A stretch of DNA of 64,000 bases, taken from assembly GCA_963740355.1 (NCBI GenBank), contig CAVUDW010000002.1, positions 704,001 to 768,000 of the forward strand, given 5' to 3'. The notes below the pieces were generated by a model. That model made no database searches, was not told the origin of the DNA, and saw only the letters and a program-made list of their open reading frames with translations. Below are positions 58,551-64,000 of this stretch, piece after piece. Each line of letters opens with the position of its first letter. Positions within the stretch are counted from its first letter, which is position 1. The translations under genes and the position numbers were made by a program. This DNA is from an uncultured Gemmatimonadaceae bacterium (GTDB lineage: Bacteria > Gemmatimonadota > Gemmatimonadetes > Gemmatimonadales > Gemmatimonadaceae).

Positions 58551-60203
58551 GTGACATCTTCCCGTCGCGAATTCCTCAAGAGCAGCGCCACCGTCGCCGC
58601 AGTCGGCTTCGCGGCGAATCTCGCGTCCCCGCGCTTCGCGGGTGCCGCAGCGCCCGCATCGCGCTTTGCCGATGACGCCCTGCGCATCGCGCCAACGGTC
58701 GGCGACCCTGCAATTCGCGAACTGGTCCTCTCCGCGATCGATGCCGCCAAGCGCGCCGGCGCCAGCTATGCCGATGCACGCATCAGCCAGAACCGCAGCC
58801 GTCGCCTCGCCACCCGCGAGCGCCGCGTCCAGGGCCTGAGTGATGATGAGACGCTCGGTTGTGGTATCCGCGTCCTGGTGGATGGCACATGGGGATTCGC
58901 CGCCACGCGTGAGCTGACCGCCGATGCAATCGCGCGGACCGCACGCACCGCCGTCGCACAGGCCAAGGCCAACCGCCGCACGCAGGTCGCTCCCGTGCAG
59001 CTCGCGCCCGTCACGCCGACGGCGAATGGCACCTGGAGCAGCCCGATCAAGATCGATCCGTTCACGGTCGCCATCGAGGATCAGGTCGCGTTGCTGCTGC
59101 GTGCCAACGAGGCCGCACTCGGCGTCGCGGGCGTGAAATTCGTCAACTCGGCGATGTTCTTCCTCCGCGAGGAGAAGACCTTCGCCTCGACCGACGGCAC
59201 CGTCACGGTGCAGACCATCTATCGTGCGCAGCCCAGCATGACGGTCACGGCGGTCTCCAGCGACAACTCCGATTTCCAGTCGCGCCAGTCGACCGACATC
59301 CAGCCCCATGGCCTCGGCTACGAACATGTGCTCGACGGCAAGCTGGTCGAGAATGCGCCGCGCTGGGGAGCCGAAGCGGTCGAGAAGCTGAAGGCGAAGG
59401 CCGTCGATGTCGGTCGCTACGACCTCGTGTTGCACCCCTCGCATCTCTGGCTCACGATCCATGAATCGGTGGCCCACCCCACCGAACTCGATCGCGCGCT
59501 CGGCTATGAGGCCAACTACGCCGGCACCAGTTTCGTCTCGCCGCCACGCAACGTGCTCGGGAAGCTGAAGTACGGTCCCGAGATCATGAATGTGCAGGGC
59601 AATCGCACCGAGGCCGGATCGCTCGGGGCCATCGGCTGGGACGATGAAGGCGTGGCGCCGGAGACCTTCGACATCATCAAGAAGGGCGTCGTGGTCGACT
59701 ACCAGACCACCCGTGAACAGGCCGGTGAACTCGCCTGGTGGTACCAGCAGCAGGGAAAGCCGGTGCGCAGCCACGGCAACTCGTATGCGCAGAGCTGGGC
59801 CGACGTGCAGTTCCAGCGGATGCCCAACGTCTCGTTGCTCCCCGGCGAGAAGGATCTCTCCTACGAGGACCTGATCGCCGCCACCGACCGCGGCATCGCC
59901 ATCGTCGGCGACGGATCGTTCTCCATCGACCAGCAGCGCTACAACGCGCAGTTCGGCGGCCAGCTGTTCTACGAAATCCGCGGCGGCAAGATCGTCGGGA
60001 TGCTGAAGGACGTCGCATACCAGATCCGCACACCGGAGTTCTGGAACGCGATGGATATGCTCGGTGGCAAGCGGAGCTATGAACTCGGCGGTGCGTTCGG
60101 CGACGGCAAGGGTCAGCCGGCGCAGTCGAACGCCGTCAGTCATGGCTGCCCGCCGACGCGCCACCGGCAGATCAATGTCATCAACACCGGACGGAAGGCA
60201 TGA
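58551..60203 (+). CDS. tldD: TldD-family metalloprotease with twin-arginine signal peptide
   Basis: SSRREFLKSS Tat motif; GIRVLVDGTWGFAA, IHESVAHPTELDR, DDEG, RMPN, KGQPAQ..VSHGCP. Confidence 0.92.
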   Translation: MTSSRREFLKSSATVAAVGFAANLASPRFAGAAAPASRFADDALRIAPTVGDPAIRELVLSAIDAAKRAGASYADARISQNRSRRLATRERRVQGLSDDETLGCGIRVLVDGTWGFAATRELTADAIARTARTAVAQAKANRRTQVAPVQLAPVTPTANGTWSSPIKIDPFTVAIEDQVALLLRANEAALGVAGVKFVNSAMFFLREEKTFASTDGTVTVQTIYRAQPSMTVTAVSSDNSDFQSRQSTDIQPHGLGYEHVLDGKLVENAPRWGAEAVEKLKAKAVDVGRYDLVLHPSHLWLTIHESVAHPTELDRALGYEANYAGTSFVSPPRNVLGKLKYGPEIMNVQGNRTEAGSLGAIGWDDEGVAPETFDIIKKGVVVDYQTTREQAGELAWWYQQQGKPVRSHGNSYAQSWADVQFQRMPNVSLLPGEKDLSYEDLIAATDRGIAIVGDGSFSIDQQRYNAQFGGQLFYEIRGGKIVGMLKDVAYQIRTPEFWNAMDMLGGKRSYELGGAFGDGKGQPAQSNAVSHGCPPTRHRQINVINTGRKA

Positions 60204-61594
60204 GTCATCGCCTGCGAGCGGACAGCTCGCCGCGCAGCCTCCTCGAGCCCGCCCGTGTGTTGTCGCAGGCCGAAGCCGAGTCCCTTGCCAAGCGCATCGT
60301 CGGATTCTCGCAGGCCGACAGCTGCCGTGTCTCGATCGGAAGCTCGGCACGCGGCAACACCCGCTTCGCCGTCAACCAGGTCTCGACGTCGGGCGACAAT
60401 GAAGATGTGAGTGTCCGGGTCCGCGTCACGGTCGGCAAGAAAGTCGGTGCCGCCACGACCAATCGTCTCGACGACGAAGCGCTCCGACAGGTGGTGCAGA
60501 TCGCCGAGCGGATCGCGAAACTGCAGCCGGATGATCCGGAGCTGATGCCGGAACTCGGGCCCCAGACGTACACCAGCGTCGACGCCTACCACGCCGCCAC
60601 CGCCGCCGCCGAACCGGCACAGCGCGCGGAAATCGTGCGGAAGGTGACGGAAGCCTCGCGCGCCGCAGGTCTCAGCTCCACCGGCTATCTCGAAATCGTC
60701 ACCTCCGCCAACGCGATCGCGAACTCGGCGGGATTGTTTGCCTACCATCGCAGCACCGATTGCGCCTTCACCACCACCGTGCGCACGACCGATGGCGCAG
60801 GGTCGGGCTGGGCTGGAGCGGCGTCGCGTGACATCGGTGCGATCGACGGCGCGGCACTGGCAGCGACCGCCATCGACAAGGCGAAGCGATCACTGAATGC
60901 CGTGGCGGTCGAACCGGGACGCTACACCGTCGTGCTCGAACCAACCGCCGTCGGCAACCTCGTGCAGCTGATGGCGTTCGCCACCAATGCGCGCCAGGCC
61001 GACGAAGGCCGGAGCTTCTTCTCGAAGCCAGGCGGCGGCACCAAGATCGGCATGAAGGTCGTCGACGAGCGGGTGAACCTGCTCTCCGACCCACAGGATT
61101 CGCTGGCGCCGGGCGTGCCCTTCGATGGGGATGGCCTGCCCACGCGGAAGGTCAACTGGATCGATGCAGGCGTGGTGAAGGAGCTTGGCTACGATCGGTA
61201 CTGGGCGTCGAAGAAGAGCGTGTCGCCCGTCGTGTTGCCGGGATGTTTGCAGATGGGTGGTGGCTCGCAGAGCGTGCAGGACATGATCGCATCCACCGAG
61301 CGCGGGATCCTCGTCACGCGCTTCTGGTACATCCGTCCCGTCGATCCGCGCACCATTCTCTACACCGGCCTGACGCGTGATGGCACGTTCCTGATCGAGC
61401 GCGGCCGTGTGACCAAGGCCATCAAAAATTTACGCTTTAACGAGTCACCCGTCTTCTTGCTGAACAACATCGAGGCGCTCGGGAAACCGCAGCGCGTCAG
61501 TGCCAGTGAAAGCGGATCGGCCGGTGTGCCGATCGTGGTGCCGGCGATCAAGGCGCGCGATTTCACGTTCACCAGCTTGAGCGACGCGGTATAG
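60200..61594 (+). CDS. pmbA: PmbA/TldE-family subunit
   Basis: TRFAVN, EPGRYTVVLEPTAV, FDGDG, TGLTRDGTFLIE..NLRFNESP; coupled (ATGA) to tldD. Confidence 0.85.
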   Translation: MSHRLRADSSPRSLLEPARVLSQAEAESLAKRIVGFSQADSCRVSIGSSARGNTRFAVNQVSTSGDNEDVSVRVRVTVGKKVGAATTNRLDDEALRQVVQIAERIAKLQPDDPELMPELGPQTYTSVDAYHAATAAAEPAQRAEIVRKVTEASRAAGLSSTGYLEIVTSANAIANSAGLFAYHRSTDCAFTTTVRTTDGAGSGWAGAASRDIGAIDGAALAATAIDKAKRSLNAVAVEPGRYTVVLEPTAVGNLVQLMAFATNARQADEGRSFFSKPGGGTKIGMKVVDERVNLLSDPQDSLAPGVPFDGDGLPTRKVNWIDAGVVKELGYDRYWASKKSVSPVVLPGCLQMGGGSQSVQDMIASTERGILVTRFWYIRPVDPRTILYTGLTRDGTFLIERGRVTKAIKNLRFNESPVFLLNNIEALGKPQRVSASESGSAGVPIVVPAIKARDFTFTSLSDAV

Positions 61595-61753
61595 GGTTAG
61601 CGTGCGACGATAAGGTCGCGCGCGCAGGACGTCGGCTTCTCTCTGGAGGAGTCGGCCGTGGGGGCCTCCCGCCCGGTCGGGCGTGGCCCCTTGGTTCCGG
61701 TCTCCACCGGGGGAGGCACGGGCCGTATCACTCCAGTTCTGGAGGAAGTACCA

Positions 61754-62083
61754 ATGGCTGCAAAGAAGGCTGCTAAGAAGTCTGCGAAGAAGGGCGTCAA
61801 GCGCGCCGCCAAGAAGGGCGCAAAGCGCGCTGCCAAGAAGGGCGCAAAGCGCGCCGCCAAGAAGGGCGCAAAGAAGGGCGCCAAGAAGGCTGCGAAGAAG
61901 GGCGCCAAGAAGGCCGCGAAGAAGGGTGGCCGCAAGGCTGCGAAGAAGGGCGCAAAGAAGGCTGCCAAGAAGGGCGCAAAGAAGGCTGCCAAGAAGGGCG
62001 CAAAGAAGGCTGCCAAGAAGACCAAGAAGCGCGCAGCCAAGAAGGCAAAGGCACCAGCTGCTCCTGCTGCGCCGGCGATGTAA
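61754..62083 (+). CDS. histone H1-like Lys/Ala-rich basic protein
   Basis: GGAGG RBS at 61741, ATG 61754; 109 aa built of AAKKGAK[KR] repeats; followed by a hairpin terminator. Confidence 0.85.
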   Translation: MAAKKAAKKSAKKGVKRAAKKGAKRAAKKGAKRAAKKGAKKGAKKAAKKGAKKAAKKGGRKAAKKGAKKAAKKGAKKAAKKGAKKAAKKTKKRAAKKAKAPAAPAAPAM

Positions 62084-62105
62084 TCTCGGCCTTGCCGAGA
62101 TTCAA

Positions 62106-62136
62106 ACGGGGGTGGCGCTTTTGGCGTCACCCCCGT
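62106..62136 (+). terminator. stem-loop, probable terminator of the H1-like gene
   Basis: ACGGGGGTGGCGC-TTTTG-GCGTCACCCCCGT; weak U-tract. Confidence 0.6.
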
Positions 62137-62161
62137 CGTCGTTCGTGCCACTGCCGATCCC

Positions 62162-62263
62162 GATCAAGGGGTCAGATCAAGGGGTCAGAGATCTTGGTCG
62201 GTGAACGAGGAAGGGGTCAGAGATCCAGACTGGTGAACCAGCAAGATCTCTGACCCCTTGATC
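62162..62263. repeat. REP-like cluster: GATCAAGGGGTCAGAGATCTTG inverted pair plus two partial direct copies
   Basis: 22-mer at 62175-62196 and its perfect reverse complement at 62242-62263; partial copies at 62162 and 62211. Confidence 0.9.
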
Positions 62264-62282
62264 AACCACTTGGTGCGTCAGA

Positions 62283-63470
62283 TCACCGGAGCGGGCAGAT
62301 GCGTCCGTTGATGTCCGTCAACGCTTCGTACGAGTCCTTCAGCGTCGTGTAGGCGCCGTTGGTCCCAGGATACGCCGCGTTGAACTGCGAGATCACCGTG
62401 GCCGGCGACAGCTCGAAGCTGGAGCCAAGCTGCGCACCGTTGAGGAGCGCGCTCACCGTCTGGCGGCCGAGTGCATTCAAGCCGCCGCCGCCCAAGGCGA
62501 GCACCTGCTGCAACGTCTTGCCGGGGAATGCATTGTCGAACACCGCGCTGAATTGCGTGGTCGGGAGGTACGGGGCGGGCCAGACATCATGCGTCTTCCA
62601 GTAGCCCGGTGAGCAGCCCTTGCCGCCAACGACCGCTGGTACGACGGACCAGATGTAGTCGTTGTAGTCCGAGTCGCGGAACTCGGTGTTCTCCGGCAGC
62701 AACTCGAGCTTGTTGTCCTCGGCGCCCACCAGGAACTTCGACTGGTCGTCGTTCGAGAACATCGCGAACTGATTGTACTGTGGCGCAGAGAATCCGCCCT
62801 CAGCGTCGCTGCAATCCGTATCGTCGCCCAGACAACCACCGGTGGTCGGATTGAAGTCGTTCCGGATGAAGAAGCCCCACTTGCGACCGCCTGTCATGCT
62901 CGCGTCGATCGTGATCTGGTGATTGACGGTCCGGTCGGTCCAGAGCGCGACGTCGTGGAACACGTAGCCGGCGCCGTCCTTGGTGAACCATCCGACAGTG
63001 CTCTTCGAGCCAGCGTAGGAGCCGAGTAGCGTCACCGTGTACGAGCGAGTGCCATCGAAGGTGAAGGCCGAAGCGTCGTTTCCGAGCGTGCCATCGCCCC
63101 AGAACTTGGTGTATCCACCCTGATTCGCATTCGATCCGGCAGCCTGATTCTGGCAATCAGTCGCGAGCGTGCCTGACGCGTAAAAGCCGATGTTGCATGC
63201 ACTCGTCGCGGCGTCATCGGCGGATGGGTTGTCCCAGAATTCCGAACTTCCGCGACCGCTGTTGTTTGCGGTGGCGGTGTTGAATGCGCCGGCCGTCGTT
63301 CCAGGAATCACATCCGCAATCGCGAGCGAGACTGGACTGATGTTGACCGCATCCTGACGGGCGTCAACGGTGGTCGGAGTTGAAGTGGTGGTGTCACACG
63401 CGGCCAGCGTGAGCAGGGCGCTCATGCCGATCGCCGTGAGACGGCGTGTCTGAGGATTTCGCAGCGTCAC
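62283..63470 (-). CDS. predicted lipoprotein with DUF4114-like acidic motif and GCSPGYWK C-terminal domain
   Basis: GGGAGA RBS then GTG 63470; lipobox LTLAA-C; GAEDNK...DSDYNDY; GCSPGYWKTH; several cysteines. Confidence 0.8.
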   Translation of the reverse strand: MTLRNPQTRRLTAIGMSALLTLAACDTTTSTPTTVDARQDAVNISPVSLAIADVIPGTTAGAFNTATANNSGRGSSEFWDNPSADDAATSACNIGFYASGTLATDCQNQAAGSNANQGGYTKFWGDGTLGNDASAFTFDGTRSYTVTLLGSYAGSKSTVGWFTKDGAGYVFHDVALWTDRTVNHQITIDASMTGGRKWGFFIRNDFNPTTGGCLGDDTDCSDAEGGFSAPQYNQFAMFSNDDQSKFLVGAEDNKLELLPENTEFRDSDYNDYIWSVVPAVVGGKGCSPGYWKTHDVWPAPYLPTTQFSAVFDNAFPGKTLQQVLALGGGGLNALGRQTVSALLNGAQLGSSFELSPATVISQFNAAYPGTNGAYTTLKDSYEALTDINGRICPLR

Positions 63471-63633
63471 GAGATCTCCCGGGGGGGTGGGGTGGGTATT
63501 TCGGGAAGTTAATTTTTCTGCATGTGCCATACCGTGCGGGCTGATAGTACACTCGTGTAATGATTCATGAATTCGTGCCGAGCTGGGCTTTTAATACGAG
63601 CTCGTGTGTATGCGCTGACGCTGTCTAACGCGC

Positions 63634-63800
63634 GATCAAGGGGTCAGAGATCTTGATCTGCGTTGGCGCATCTGTCGCCAAGCAAGGACGCCGACGCCTT
63701 GGTGCCTGTCGAGGACAGACCCGCGGAAACCGGTCACTGCCTCGCGACGAATATCGAGGTCGTGCGCGGAAACGACACCAAGATCTCTGACCCCTTGATC
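63634..63800. repeat. second REP-like inverted doublet (same 22-mer)
   Basis: GATCAAGGGGTCAGAGATCTTG at 63634-63655 and CAAGATCTCTGACCCCTTGATC at 63779-63800. Confidence 0.9.
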
Positions 63801-63825
63801 GGGTGTTCTGCAGCGTTGCAGGCAC

Positions 63826-63862
63826 AAAAAAACGGAGGCGATGCCGTGTGGCACCACCTCCG
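63826..63862 (-). terminator. rho-independent terminator (minus strand)
   Basis: The minus strand reads CGGAGGTGGTGCC-ACAC-GGCATCGCCTCCG-TTTTTTT. Confidence 0.85.
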
Positions 63863-63922
63863 CTTCAGCGCGACCTCAGAGTCGTCGCGCCTGGCCCGCG
63901 CTACGCACGCGAACCGTTTCGT

Positions 63923-64000
63923 TTATGCCGCGACGAGCTCCGGCATCTCTGCGTCCGCTGGACCCCAGACAAAAGCCAACACCGTCGGCGCCATGTCCTG
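63923..64000 (-). CDS. 3' end of a gene entering from beyond the window (...GPADAEMPELVAA*)
   Basis: Open frame from the window edge to TAA, followed by a clear terminator; too short to identify. Confidence 0.45.
   Translation of the reverse strand, partial: QDMAPTVLAFVWGPADAEMPELVAA

Noticed and set aside
58503..60350. 615-aa minus-strand ORF and many similar long overlapping ORFs across the window
   Set aside because: These are antisense or alternate frames of well-supported genes, expected at this GC content, and carry no recognisable motifs.
61597..62151. Minus-strand AAFFAPFL-repeat membrane protein, and the +1-frame RRAQRR ORF
   Set aside because: Shadow frames of the Lys/Ala repeat gene, which has the RBS and terminator.
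63860..64000. tmRNA, suggested by the tag-like ending ELVAA*
   Set aside because: No tRNA-like 3' end follows; a plain terminator does. More likely an ordinary CDS end.

Overview
A GC-rich bacterial chromosome segment, probably Gemmatimonadota-like (inferred from gene content and protein style, not from a search). It is mostly densely packed housekeeping genes, with no rRNA, tRNA, CRISPR array, integrase or transposase recognised. From 1 to 14.3 kb a long minus-strand block runs DnaB-like ATPase, yebC, ruvC, ruvA, ruvB, queA, tgt, yajC, def, fmt, thiE-like, rsmB, PASTA protein, rpe, TlpA and tsaD. From 14.4 to 30 kb come a PorX-like REC-PglZ regulator, MsbA, GT4 and LpxL-like envelope genes, tyrS, a class A PBP, PHP and amidohydrolase genes, ilvE, an HNH nuclease and trpF. 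From 30 to 37 kb is an NtrY/NtrX-like two-component operon enclosing FOUR tandem paralogous single-pass membrane proteins that share the motif EVER[IL]SEGQR[FY], followed by a beta-helix plus beta-barrel outer-membrane protein and a DUF4390-like protein; this is the top candidate for an undescribed envelope-signalling system. From 37 to 45 kb are an NYN/LOTUS protein with a histone-like tail, Mpg, peptidases, a hidden HIRAN gene and a small OMP. From 45.8 to 54.7 kb is a phospho-Thr signalling cluster: FHA-TM-trypsin protease, kinase-PEGA-PP2C fusion, two paralogous receptor kinases and a pseudoprotease. From 54.8 to 64 kb are tdh, a dehydratase, kbl, Tat-signal TldD plus PmbA, an H1-like basic protein and a lipoprotein flanked by REP-like inverted-repeat doublets. 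About nine single-base indels break seven genes and are most likely long-read consensus errors.
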